DNA from: an uncultured candidate division Zixibacteria bacterium | Lineage (GTDB): Bacteria > Zixibacteria > MSB-5A5 > GN15 > PGXB01 | Direction: 5' to 3' | NCBI GenBank assembly: GCA_963702205.1 | Contig: OY969724.1 | Coordinates: forward strand, 704,001 to 768,000 | DNA length: 64,000 bases | Shown here: piece by piece, positions 20,897 through 30,899 of the stretch | Numbering within the stretch: position 1 is the first letter of the stretch | How the letters are laid out: every line of letters starts with the position of its first letter | The notes under the pieces: model-generated | Database searches by the model: none | Seen by the model: the letters and a program-made list of their open reading frames with translations, nothing else | Told to the model about the DNA's origin: nothing | Made by a program: the position numbers and the translations under genes

Positions 20897-22042
20897 TTAC
20901 ATCACAAAGGACGCATTATTGTTCTGTCTTAAGAACCGCTTCATTTCCTCGAAGCTGACGATCTCCATTTCCCGCATCAAGGCAAGTTTCTCCCTATCTG
21001 TGTGGGCGGTATCGAAACGATGAGCCAATTCCGCAACCTCGACGCGGTAGTCACTATACCGTTCGATCTCACCGCTCAGCGCCATGCCGCTCTCTATTGT
21101 ACGAACACCAATAGCGCTGATAGCCAACCAAACGATAATAAGGTGTGGCCAGTGGGAAACCGCGAATGGGAGGGAGGCCAGAGCACCGGCAACGATGATC
21201 ACGTCAAGCATGACCAGACCAACGAAGAGGAACCACCACGTCAATCGCAGATTGCGTTGTTGCTCCCGTAGAGGCATCTTGAAGATGCTCAAGCCGCCGG
21301 CTTCGGGACGTAGTTTGTAGTTCGCGAAATCGAGTTGCGCCTTGAAGCGCAATGTTCGATAGGCCGCAAACACATCCGTCAGCACTTGTGATGAAGGCTT
21401 TGGAGTGAGCGCGCAGTTCTCATGCAGCCACACGCCGCTACGAATGTTGGCATCCAGTACTTCAGTCATTTTGGAGACAGCCCATCTTTGTTCGTCGTAT
21501 TCGCTCAGAAACTCATTGAGCCATTGATTTCTCTGATCCCGAAACGAATCAGCCCCAGACGGTCCGCTGGACATCGATTGCTCAATCTCAGGTAGACGGC
21601 ATAAAAGCGTTTGAAAGAAGAACTGCCGCATGCGTTCTGTGCGCAATCGCTTAATAAGCCACGTGTTCTTGCGCTTTCCGTACAGCAGGCCAAAGTGAGC
21701 GACCATAACGGCGGCGATGCCGAGCCCTCCGGCGAGGAGTGTTAATGCCAGGTGTGTCCAAGCCAAATGAGGCTCTTTTGGCCACACTGGCGCAGTCGAT
21801 GCAATGCAAAGCGACAAAACAGCCAGCAAGACCGCCTGAATACCAGACCGTTGCGACTGCTTCTTGGCACGGTTAGCAACGTCGTCGTCTTTGGTGAAGC
21901 TATCGCGTAGTTCCGGGTGGTCAAGCACATGCTCCAAACACGGCCATTTCTGCTTGGCCAGTGCGAGATCCTCTGGTTGCAAGAGGAGATCAGTGTTGAA
22001 GATCTTCTCTTTCTGTGATCCGCTCGACGAATTCATCATCAT
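20897..22042 (-). CDS. Tandem SLATT/DUF4231-like 4-TM membrane effector
   Basis: Two TM hairpins; WLIKRLRTERMR after the first pair, QLDFANYK before and RYSDYR after the second, typical of double-SLATT proteins. Confidence 0.65.
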   Translation of the reverse strand: MMMNSSSGSQKEKIFNTDLLLQPEDLALAKQKWPCLEHVLDHPELRDSFTKDDDVANRAKKQSQRSGIQAVLLAVLSLCIASTAPVWPKEPHLAWTHLALTLLAGGLGIAAVMVAHFGLLYGKRKNTWLIKRLRTERMRQFFFQTLLCRLPEIEQSMSSGPSGADSFRDQRNQWLNEFLSEYDEQRWAVSKMTEVLDANIRSGVWLHENCALTPKPSSQVLTDVFAAYRTLRFKAQLDFANYKLRPEAGGLSIFKMPLREQQRNLRLTWWFLFVGLVMLDVIIVAGALASLPFAVSHWPHLIIVWLAISAIGVRTIESGMALSGEIERYSDYRVEVAELAHRFDTAHTDREKLALMREMEIVSFEEMKRFLRQNNNASFVM

Positions 22043-22130
22043 AGGCGTTTCTCCGTCTGCACACTAGTGCCATCCAATAGACGTGACTTTCCTAGGTCCG
22101 ATGACTAATTGACTCCTCGTCCATGTCCTG

Positions 22131-22325
22131 TCATCTTCTCTTAGCCGATTTGTTGTGTTTCTGGACGGCTTTCCTAATTAGGTCGGATACTAGTTCCTGA
22201 ATGCTCGTCCGTTTCTCCACAGTCATCATTTTCAACTCGTAATGCACACTATCTTCCAATCGAACATGAATCATCGGTCCCCTAGTAGGTTTGTCCTTTG
22301 GATGTTTCATTAACTTGGGCCTCAT
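22131..22325 (-). CDS. Small ribbon-helix-helix DNA-binding protein, copy 2
   Basis: RGPMIHVRLEDSVHYELKMMTVEKRTSIQELVSDLIRKAV, clearly homologous to 16422-16607. Confidence 0.78.
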   Translation of the reverse strand: MRPKLMKHPKDKPTRGPMIHVRLEDSVHYELKMMTVEKRTSIQELVSDLIRKAVQKHNKSAKRR

Positions 22326-22331
22326 CTAGTG

Positions 22332-22370
22332 TGTGGCTATAAATATAGCCACATTTAGTTCTTGCGTCAA
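22332..22370 (-). promoter_or_regulatory. Sigma70-type promoter with perfect palindromic operator over -10
   Basis: TGTGGCTATA-AA-TATAGCCACA at 22332-22353; minus strand TTGACG-N17-TATATT. Confidence 0.78.
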
Positions 22371-22541
22371 TGAGAATAAACGGAGGGTCTTCGAAAACTG
22401 AATTCAATAGTATCTATCGTCCCCCGAGATTCATTCGTGTCCCCCCAAGGAATTGCCTTCTTCTTCACATTTGCGCTTTGTTAGTTGATTTTGTAATCTG
22501 TTGTGTTACAGAGGATTACGAAATGAGTTGGCGGACTGAAA

Positions 22542-22605
22542 AATCGAACCCCATACTCGCGTTGTGGCACAAGGACTTACACCCTATTGTGACCATATTG
22601 TGACC
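22542..22605. repeat. 64-bp direct repeat of 16857-16920 (second att-like element end)
   Basis: 59/64 identical by hand alignment; includes AATCGAACCCC and the TGTGACCA pair. The acceptor-stem part is replaced by TTGGCGGACTGAA. Confidence 0.88.
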
Positions 22606-22610
22606 ACTTT

Positions 22611-23312
22611 TTATGACTCAGATTGAAGCTCCTCCTCAAGTCTTGACCAGCAATCTTCTGGATTCAAGCGTAACGGCACACCTTTAGATGATGACGAGCA
22701 GTAATCAATAAAAAGGTCCTTCAATCTGTTCATATCAAAGGATAAGTTTTTCATAAGGACTTTTATTTTGAAAACAACTACTCCAGTTACAAACTCATTC
22801 AGTGGATCAAACGGTGGAAATGCATAAGTAAGCGTCGAACCATCATCCGAAAGGAATCCCGAATTTGAAGGGCCATTAAGGTCCAAGTAAAACACTTCCA
22901 AATATGCACAGAGAGCCTCTGTTTTACGTCGCTCCTGATAACAGAGATCTGCCAGATCAAGCCAATCGTTTCTATATACTCCCCAACTTCCTTCTCGTGC
23001 ATTACTCTTGAGTCGATTGCTTATATCTAACCACTTACGTTCATCTCTGGGAAGTGGAATACCATTACCTTCGTCCAGCTTTCGCAACTCCTCACCAAAC
23101 GCATCGTAATGGTAGCTCTCTATTGCTTCCTGAAACTGTCTTTCGTACTCCTCAACAGCTTCTTTTGTTACAACTTTGCGTACGTTCTCAGGTTGGAATG
23201 TACGAACGTACATATATTTGCCACAATGTGGACACTTGGTTTTAGCGCTTGGAACCTTTTTGAGTGTGCCCTGACAATACGGGCACTCCGCTGATCGCAT
23301 ATCAGTTACCAT
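22611..23312 (-). CDS. Hypothetical protein with N-terminal zinc ribbon
   Basis: CPYC...KCPHCG; last gene of the 30790-22611 operon. Confidence 0.7.
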   Translation of the reverse strand: MVTDMRSAECPYCQGTLKKVPSAKTKCPHCGKYMYVRTFQPENVRKVVTKEAVEEYERQFQEAIESYHYDAFGEELRKLDEGNGIPLPRDERKWLDISNRLKSNAREGSWGVYRNDWLDLADLCYQERRKTEALCAYLEVFYLDLNGPSNSGFLSDDGSTLTYAFPPFDPLNEFVTGVVVFKIKVLMKNLSFDMNRLKDLFIDYCSSSSKGVPLRLNPEDCWSRLEEELQSES

Positions 23313-23314
23313 TC

Positions 23315-25009
23315 TTATAAGCTTTCAGTTTTTAGGTTCAAACTTGTGCTCAGGCGTGATACTGTTTCCTCTTGCCCTAGTACGTACAGCGCTCCTGTCG
23401 ATCGCGTAAGTCCAATATAGAGTAACTCCTTCCAGTTGAACCGCATCTGTTCGTCAAATTCACATAAAATTACTACAGGACTTTCTAATCCCTTGTAGCG
23501 ATGCACTGTCATTGTGACAATGTCATTGGAAGATTCTTTTGCCTCTACAAGCCTAAAGGGTCCAATCTTAGTATCGTACTTAAGAGCTGTCCGTTGCTGA
23601 GATTTAGTTCCTAAGATGACAATATCTGCAGGCTTCATACCCTCTGAAACAAGCCGCTGAAGCAACTTACTTATTACACGGAGCATATCATCGTCTGTCG
23701 AATAGGACAGCAATTGTACTTCTGGACCACTAACTCCACTTGACATAACTTCGTCCGGAAGTTCACATGCATGCTGCACGACTGCGAACACCTCATTTGT
23801 GTTTCTGATATTTCGATCAAGAACAACCGGAGGTGTCGTCATTGGATAGGTTGCGGTACCGTGATATATATTCTGGCTGGCATCCGCAAAGATGTAGAAA
23901 ACTGACTCGTCTGGGTTGGTGAATAGCATTTCTAACAGCACCCAATAGGCATCCTTAAAATCTTGACCTTCGTCCACAACAATGGCATCAAAACGATGCT
24001 TAATAGAGTCGATCTGATCTGCTACCAGGTTAGGGAATGTGTCCGACCACCACTCATCTGTATTTTCCACACTAACTTCGGTACCGACTTCCTCCAGCCA
24101 TCCGAAGCATAGATCGTGAAACGATCCCACTACTATGCTAGGTTGTGCTTCACATTCGTGTTTCAAATACTGACTAAGAGGTTTGTTGAAGCAGACCAGA
24201 AGAACACGGTTGCCTTTTTCTGCCAGAATCTTTGCCTTATGAACCGCAAGTGTTGTCTTACCTGATCCAGCACACCCGCGAATCAACATACGCCTCTGCT
24301 CCCGCAACAATTGGAGAACTTCTGCCTGGCGATCTGTGAGTTCTATAAGCTTATCGGCAATTTGTCTTATACGGAGAGAGGAAGAAGTTTGTCCTTTCAA
24401 TGGACGAGCTCCATAAAGTTGTCGAATGCCAGCAAGAATTTGTTTGCCATATGAACCCTGGATGTCCCCCTTGGGAAATGCTCTCTCAAACAGAGTATCG
24501 ATACTTTTCTTTAGATTATACAAACACTCCTGATCAAGGAGCTGCCACGCGTGCATATCCGCCCGAATGTCTCGTGTCTTGAAGACACAGTCTGGAAATA
24601 GAACTGCGTGATGATGAGGTATATATTTATCTGAGAGTGCGGGCTGTTTTAGAAGTAGTTTACAGATGTTTCGGCTGGCGATGCGGGATTGTTCGAACGG
24701 GTCGCTGATCTGGTGTTCTCCCCCTTCTCTGTCAAGGCTTCTCCATGAGCGAAAGGACGGATTGTAACTACATCGACCGCCTTTGATCTCTAGGGTCACA
24801 TATCCTATAGCTGGTTGGACTATCACAAAATCGATTTGCCCGACAGTTTTGCTGTCCTCCAAGCTTGGATCATCCCACATAAGATCATGAAACACGTGAT
24901 ATCGATTATCGAGTTCTCTCGATAGCTTCTCGTAAATGGCACGTTCCGAATCTACGTGGTAACCGCTGAAAGCTTCAGTTAAGCTGTTAGGGTACATTAC
25001 CGCCATCAA
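23315..25009 (-). CDS. NERD nuclease domain + SF1 (UvrD-like) helicase
   Basis: SERAIY...QIDFVIV...LEIKGG...DPFEQ (NERD); GCAGSGKT, VDEGQD, TVHRYKGLE, LYIGLTRS. Confidence 0.85.
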   Translation of the reverse strand: MMAVMYPNSLTEAFSGYHVDSERAIYEKLSRELDNRYHVFHDLMWDDPSLEDSKTVGQIDFVIVQPAIGYVTLEIKGGRCSYNPSFRSWRSLDREGGEHQISDPFEQSRIASRNICKLLLKQPALSDKYIPHHHAVLFPDCVFKTRDIRADMHAWQLLDQECLYNLKKSIDTLFERAFPKGDIQGSYGKQILAGIRQLYGARPLKGQTSSSLRIRQIADKLIELTDRQAEVLQLLREQRRMLIRGCAGSGKTTLAVHKAKILAEKGNRVLLVCFNKPLSQYLKHECEAQPSIVVGSFHDLCFGWLEEVGTEVSVENTDEWWSDTFPNLVADQIDSIKHRFDAIVVDEGQDFKDAYWVLLEMLFTNPDESVFYIFADASQNIYHGTATYPMTTPPVVLDRNIRNTNEVFAVVQHACELPDEVMSSGVSGPEVQLLSYSTDDDMLRVISKLLQRLVSEGMKPADIVILGTKSQQRTALKYDTKIGPFRLVEAKESSNDIVTMTVHRYKGLESPVVILCEFDEQMRFNWKELLYIGLTRSTGALYVLGQEETVSRLSTSLNLKTESL

Positions 25010-25029
25010 TCGTCCTTGCTCATATCTGT

Positions 25030-27012
25030 CTAATTAAGTTCCTCTCTCCAAGCCTCATAGATCATCACCATGGCAAGTGTATCGAGTTCACAATACTTTA
25101 GAAGCGCCGACACGATCTTCTCACGTTCATACTCACTCATTTCAGAGAACTGCATCCGACAATAAGCGATCATGGCAGCCCCACCTTCCCGAATATCCTC
25201 GTCCTCAGATATCAGGTCTTCGGATATCTCAATCCCATCTTCAAATATAGGAGGTAGTATATTATATGGCTCGATTACGGTACCATCGTGATTGAATTGC
25301 ACCCAGGACCAATCAGTGTAGTTGAGACTACAGATTCCTCCTGATGAGCCATATATAGGCTTTGAGTACTTTTCCTGTAGATACTCTGAGGAATTCAGGA
25401 TCGCTGGAAGAACGCTCTTTATGGAATTGGAGCCATGTGTTGCTGGGTCATAGTAATACTTCTTTACTAAGTCACACATGTCTACCATGCAACGTGACCC
25501 CTCATTTCCTGCTATCTTCGCGATTGACTCGATGAACCTACACAAATCATCTCGGTCTGGTGGAGGCGCTGGAGCACTCTGAAGTTGTTTATATACTTCA
25601 ACAAGGTAAGTGTTTTCATGGGCAGCGTACCGGAAGATCGTACCATTATCTTGCTCCAGCTGCCTTTTTAGCTCGCGCACACTCTCATAATTGGGGAACG
25701 CACCCGGAGCTGCGTTTATGTATTGCCCGGCATGTTCCACAGTGCCGTCTTCAAGAATAGTGTGATGAGAAAACTGAAAGAAAATTGCCTCATAGGGTCT
25801 TCTGCCTTTATTGAACGGAATAGCGACCCTAGCTGTTTCAAAGTCAATATGATGCAGGGGGAACACCCATTTTTCCATCTCAGCTTTCATCCCTACCTTG
25901 TCGAAGTAGGCTGTGCTATCTTCATTTTTGACTTTTTCAGCCTGGAGCCACTGTCTTTCCGAACTTGACAATCCTGAGCCTGGATTAGCTTTAATGCTTA
26001 TATCGTCTTGTTCCAGGTCTCTTAGCTTGAGTTTCCCTGAGGCGATATATGAGTCTTTTCTTCTTGAATTCCACAGCTCCAATACACATGGCTCTTGAAA
26101 GTCGCCTGCTTGCCAATTGAGTGTGCCGATCCAGCATTCCTTGAAACCGTTCTTTAGCCCGGTTGCTTCCTCTTCAGGTGTAGCTCTAAACTGACACTTC
26201 GAACACTTTGATCCAATCTGCGGAGTGATCTTACTATCCTTCTCGTAGTTTACAGAAAGGATGTCTATAAGATCTGAATAGCATAGTTCTTCATCTCCCA
26301 CCTGGTACTTATCCTTATGAATCAACTGGATAAAGTCGTCTACTGGTACCTCGACTAAGATCTTTGTCTTTAAGTCGTCTTCATTGAGTGAGGAAGAAAT
26401 CTTAATGCCCTTCCTGTGTGCTTCATCCCTTACAATGCGAAACTTCTGATTAAGTCCATCTGTTGGACAAGAAACGCTTTTATCCGCCATCATGAGATAC
26501 GAACTAATTCGGTAATTGGGACAAGCGTTCTCTAACACATATTTCTGAAACGCTACATCATGACAGTATGGCTGCCAATCTGATTTGATTTTTCCGGCTT
26601 TGGTTAGAAAGGGCTGGGCTTCTGGACTGTCGAAGGACTTCGATTTAACCTCTATAAGTCTCAGATTAGTGCCATGCTTGACCAGAATGTCGATGCGAAT
26701 CAGCAGGTTCTCATGACGAAAAGCAGGTTCATACATAATGACCCGGTCTTTTTTCATCAAATCTGCAGTCATGGCTTCGGCTTCTTGATAATCTAGGGTG
26801 TCGATATTGATGCCACCTGCGTAATATTGTCTGGCTAGTTCTCCAACCTGATAGCCACCCTCCGCCAACGCTGCGAGGAATGGATCCTCCTGGCTTTTAT
26901 CGGGGTAGTCTTTCTTTCGGACATAGAATAGCTTGGTTGGACAATCAAGGCCAACCATGAACCTACTTTTCGTTAAAAACCGAGGTTTCATTTCACTCCT
27001 TATTTGAATCAA
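25030..27012 (-). CDS. DUF2779-domain protein (PD-(D/E)xK nuclease + RNase H-like domain)
   Basis: LTKSRF...CPTKL, IDIL...LIEVKSKS, DVAFQ, IDFET...PYE..FQFSHH, SIKSVLP, LLKYCELDTLAMV. Confidence 0.8.
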   Translation of the reverse strand: MIQIRSEMKPRFLTKSRFMVGLDCPTKLFYVRKKDYPDKSQEDPFLAALAEGGYQVGELARQYYAGGINIDTLDYQEAEAMTADLMKKDRVIMYEPAFRHENLLIRIDILVKHGTNLRLIEVKSKSFDSPEAQPFLTKAGKIKSDWQPYCHDVAFQKYVLENACPNYRISSYLMMADKSVSCPTDGLNQKFRIVRDEAHRKGIKISSSLNEDDLKTKILVEVPVDDFIQLIHKDKYQVGDEELCYSDLIDILSVNYEKDSKITPQIGSKCSKCQFRATPEEEATGLKNGFKECWIGTLNWQAGDFQEPCVLELWNSRRKDSYIASGKLKLRDLEQDDISIKANPGSGLSSSERQWLQAEKVKNEDSTAYFDKVGMKAEMEKWVFPLHHIDFETARVAIPFNKGRRPYEAIFFQFSHHTILEDGTVEHAGQYINAAPGAFPNYESVRELKRQLEQDNGTIFRYAAHENTYLVEVYKQLQSAPAPPPDRDDLCRFIESIAKIAGNEGSRCMVDMCDLVKKYYYDPATHGSNSIKSVLPAILNSSEYLQEKYSKPIYGSSGGICSLNYTDWSWVQFNHDGTVIEPYNILPPIFEDGIEISEDLISEDEDIREGGAAMIAYCRMQFSEMSEYEREKIVSALLKYCELDTLAMVMIYEAWREELN

Positions 27013-27097
27013 GAATCGACTTCATTTCTAAGAAGTGGCCCTAACGAATCCATCACTGGTAGCAAGATGTCCTTCAACTTGATTCGATACACGCGGT

Positions 27098-30000
27098 TCA
27101 TTCGAGCAGCGCTTTGATAGCCAGCGCAGTCTTCTTAAGTGTGCCTGAGTCTAGGCCCCCGCGGTCATCATCCTCCGACGTATACAACGTTTTTCCCTCA
27201 ATAAAGCCGTTCTTAGAATACCAATCCAGCTTCCACTTCCATCCGCGGCGATAATCCTCACGGCTCATCATGCCAAGGTGTTCCCAAATGATGAGATCAC
27301 CGTCAGCAGTGACAAAAGAGAAATCAGGACGTAGACGACCTGGCTCAACCGCTCCATCGCAAACACGCTCGTATTCATATTTGATGTCGAGCTGATAAAG
27401 CATGTTCGCTATAACTAATTCAGACTTACTTCGAACCAAATGTCCCTTCTCTGTTCGATGTATAAGATACTCCGCATATGGCACATCGTCACTATTGAGT
27501 CTTGTCGCACCGTGAAATAAGTTCGTGTTGCGACGGGCCACTTCAGATCGCTCAGGTCGAGTTAGATCAAACAGCACTGTTGCATTCTGTCCTTCTATCA
27601 ACAGGACGAGTTGATCCCGAGATCTTGTGAGGGCCGTATAGATTAGTTCGCGTGACAGAAGTCTGCAATTCTTCGGTAGTATGACAAATACTTTCTTGAA
27701 TTCACTGCCTTGAGCCTTGTGCACTGTTAGTGCGTAAGCCAAATCAAGAGGTCCAGCCCCACTCGGGAAGTCACTTCCACGATAGCCGAATCTCAAATTG
27801 GCTCGTCCAGCAAAAAGAACATTTAGAAAGCCACCCTTTCCAGGTGCTACAAGCCCTACTTCACCATTTGCGATATAATATTTATCGCTGGAGGATCCGT
27901 CGTAAGCCCTTCTCCACTGGTTTACCTTCTGAATAACTTTGTCCTTCTGTACAATACTCTCATCACCCAAACAAGTGCCCCACGGCTGAGTCGCCGCTTC
28001 GAGTTGTTTACTACGGTATTGGCGCTGAATCCATCTGTTGATCTCGTAGATGCCATGAGAATGCATTCGAACAGGTGATAAAATTTGCCAATTCTCACTT
28101 CCTTCAGGCGCACCAAACGGTACCCATCCTCGATCATCAAGTCCAAGCGAAGTATCGAATCCAGCAATATCCGACTTATCGTCTAAACCAAGATGTCTGA
28201 CAAAAGCCCCTGACAAGCGCGAACGAAGCTCATCAGAGTTTTCCCAGAAAATGATTTCTAAATCGTTAAAAGTCCCCGTGGTCTCCAATTCACTTAAAAC
28301 CCTGTCAGCGTCCACGGGTTGTGGTTCACGCGTAAACCAGGACGCTAGGCGAAGTGTATCTGACGTATCTCCGCTAGATGTTGCGGTTCTCACCTCGACT
28401 GACAGACGTGCAAGAGAGTGACGAAGGGGTGTGCCATCACTGGCTTCTTCTTCGGTAGTTGCCAGGAATGCTTCGAGGTCGGCAAACGGACGACCAACGC
28501 CGATCGGAGGTAGCTGATTTGGATCACCAATAAGAATGATTCTCTGAACATGTGCAAGGTCCAATGCTTCAAAAACTGCCACCATATCGTCCATTGTAAG
28601 CATTGAGCACTCATCTATAACGACTGTTTTCTCTTTTCTATACTTTTCTTTTCCATCAAACAGGGGACGTTGTCGATTGCCGTCGTAGCGTCCAAGACGG
28701 TGCAGAAACTGTGCTACAGTCATAGCTTCTGCTTTAGCAGCCTTCGCAAGCCGAACGCGAGCCTTTCCCGTGGGAGCGAGCAATAGGATGCCATCTTTCG
28801 CAATTGGTTCACAAAGCATGAGCGCGCCCATAACGGAGGTCTTGCCGGTACCCGCTCGACCTACGAGGACTGTCAGACGCCTTGAACAGAGTTGCTGAAG
28901 TGCAATCGCCTGTTCTTCAATTGCGAGCTCGTGTCTTGTATTCGAGGAATCGAACTCTCCGCCTACTGCGGTGATAGCTTCGACCAATAGTTTCTTCCAT
29001 TCTGTCTTGACTTCTGGCACCACCTTCGTAGCTCGCTTAGTTAGAATCGACCGTAAGCGATTTTCCCTCTTTTTTAGATCGTAGAGCTGTAGTGCTGAAG
29101 TCTTCTTTCCAGATGTTTCATCAACAACCACATCTACCAGCTCCACCACACCGTCCAGAAAACTCATATTCGCTGTGGGCCAGTCAGTCAGTATGTTGCA
29201 AGGATGTGCCAGATCTAGGTTTGAAACCGTTTCAAGTGATTCAACCGTACTAAGCAGTGCATCTCCTTCAAGGGAAGCGTTTCGGAGCGTTGACACAATC
29301 GCTGCACGAATTCGGCGTGGGTCGTTAGGTGAAGAGATCGTCGACGGTTCTGGCACTGGGTGTTTTGCAGCAATACTTGCTTCAGGGAGAAGACCGCGAT
29401 CGACCATGCCGACTGATACTGGTGAGTCGTTCATATCTCCAAGATCTACTTCGCTCATCCTGTAGGGATTCTCAAGAATCTCAGAATCAGCAACTAAATT
29501 GGTTACACCTTTAGCTCTAATCGTAGGATCAAACCATCTAACAGCCTGAGCAGGTGTGAAAGCTATTCGAGACAAAAGCATTAGTAAAGCCCGACGTTCA
29601 GGATCTAGATTAGCCCAACTACTATGTACAGCATCAAGGTCAGGCTGATAAGCACTCTGAGGTGGCTTTATTTTCCCCTGTAATAAGGCATCAACCACTG
29701 GCCATGGATTAGCATCAGGTGCAACCATCTTGGAAGATATCATCTCCAATGAGAGAGCCGTACCCAAGCGCATTCCCAACGCTTCTAATACCGATCCCAA
29801 GCCGGGAAATGCACCCCTTTCTTTCCAGGCTATGGCTATTTGACTATTGAGCCACTCTTCTCGACGTTCCCATGGTCCCTTAGCTATTCCGTGCTTACGA
29901 ATCGTCCGAACCGCTTTCAAACAGCGAACCAAGGTTGACAGCGCAATGTCTGAAGAAGCAAGCTCTGCGGCATAGGAGAAAACGCGCATATGTGCAGGGT

Positions 30001-30790
30001 CAGCTGGAACGGCAATTTCTCGTAATAGATCTACTCTACGAGCATCTTCCTCCGGATCACCTGTTGGATCCAAGTAATCATGGTATGGAAAGAGAAAACC
30101 ATCTTCGCCATCGGGTCGGATTGAATGTCGGAAAAGACCGTCCCACATAAGATGTGACGGTTTATTTCCATTTACATCATACTCCTTGGGTGGTGCGATC
30201 GATACAATCCTTCCTACTCCTACAACAAGTCTTGGAAAAGTGTCTCCGAGTGGTTGACCTTCCTTACAATAGAAAAATACCAATGACTGTTCGGGAACGA
30301 GTCGGCCAAAAAACAGTTTGAGCAAAGCTCTTTGTCGGGCACTACCGAAAACCCATGAACTTTCAAAAGGGGACTGTTCATCTGGCGGAAGTGGCTCAGG
30401 TAACCTTTCATCAATTCCATTTTGCTCACTACGTAACATCCATGCAAAGGGCACCGCAAAAGTAGCATATTCAGGGATCTTCACTTTAGTCGGCTTCAAA
30501 TGGCCATGCGTGTTCGCAGTTTTTTTGATGTTTGAATAAGGATGCTCAAACTCTCGAATCCATTTTTGTGGATTCATAAATACACCCGACTCCGCCTTGC
30601 AAGGAGGTAAATCCGATTGCGAGATTTTATCCCAGGGTAAGCCCGCTAAGGTGTCTTCTTCATCCTTCCGGTTTTCACGGATTCGGTCAAGCGCTACACA
30701 AAAGCAATTGCGTGAAGGCTCCCTACAAACAGAGCCATTCCAACGGGAGTCATGCCAAGCAACCCTTACAGTTAAATGAAACAATCGCAA
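27098..30790 (-). CDS. Large RecD-like SF1B helicase with C-terminal PD-(D/E)xK-like nuclease domain
   Basis: GRAGTGKT, LAPTGKA, IDECSM, GDPNQLPPIG, YALTVHKAQGSE, YTALTR; C-terminal VRSKSELVIAN...PDF...WEHLGM. Confidence 0.85.
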   Translation of the reverse strand: MRLFHLTVRVAWHDSRWNGSVCREPSRNCFCVALDRIRENRKDEEDTLAGLPWDKISQSDLPPCKAESGVFMNPQKWIREFEHPYSNIKKTANTHGHLKPTKVKIPEYATFAVPFAWMLRSEQNGIDERLPEPLPPDEQSPFESSWVFGSARQRALLKLFFGRLVPEQSLVFFYCKEGQPLGDTFPRLVVGVGRIVSIAPPKEYDVNGNKPSHLMWDGLFRHSIRPDGEDGFLFPYHDYLDPTGDPEEDARRVDLLREIAVPADPAHMRVFSYAAELASSDIALSTLVRCLKAVRTIRKHGIAKGPWERREEWLNSQIAIAWKERGAFPGLGSVLEALGMRLGTALSLEMISSKMVAPDANPWPVVDALLQGKIKPPQSAYQPDLDAVHSSWANLDPERRALLMLLSRIAFTPAQAVRWFDPTIRAKGVTNLVADSEILENPYRMSEVDLGDMNDSPVSVGMVDRGLLPEASIAAKHPVPEPSTISSPNDPRRIRAAIVSTLRNASLEGDALLSTVESLETVSNLDLAHPCNILTDWPTANMSFLDGVVELVDVVVDETSGKKTSALQLYDLKKRENRLRSILTKRATKVVPEVKTEWKKLLVEAITAVGGEFDSSNTRHELAIEEQAIALQQLCSRRLTVLVGRAGTGKTSVMGALMLCEPIAKDGILLLAPTGKARVRLAKAAKAEAMTVAQFLHRLGRYDGNRQRPLFDGKEKYRKEKTVVIDECSMLTMDDMVAVFEALDLAHVQRIILIGDPNQLPPIGVGRPFADLEAFLATTEEEASDGTPLRHSLARLSVEVRTATSSGDTSDTLRLASWFTREPQPVDADRVLSELETTGTFNDLEIIFWENSDELRSRLSGAFVRHLGLDDKSDIAGFDTSLGLDDRGWVPFGAPEGSENWQILSPVRMHSHGIYEINRWIQRQYRSKQLEAATQPWGTCLGDESIVQKDKVIQKVNQWRRAYDGSSSDKYYIANGEVGLVAPGKGGFLNVLFAGRANLRFGYRGSDFPSGAGPLDLAYALTVHKAQGSEFKKVFVILPKNCRLLSRELIYTALTRSRDQLVLLIEGQNATVLFDLTRPERSEVARRNTNLFHGATRLNSDDVPYAEYLIHRTEKGHLVRSKSELVIANMLYQLDIKYEYERVCDGAVEPGRLRPDFSFVTADGDLIIWEHLGMMSREDYRRGWKWKLDWYSKNGFIEGKTLYTSEDDDRGGLDSGTLKKTALAIKALLE

Positions 30791-30899
30791 CTCCTAATAT
30801 TCATAATTCTGACTTCAAGCAACCCATCTCGGACTTTCTGGTGAATAACTTCTTCAAAGTCTGTGCGGATGGCACATTGATGCCACTAATAACTCACAC

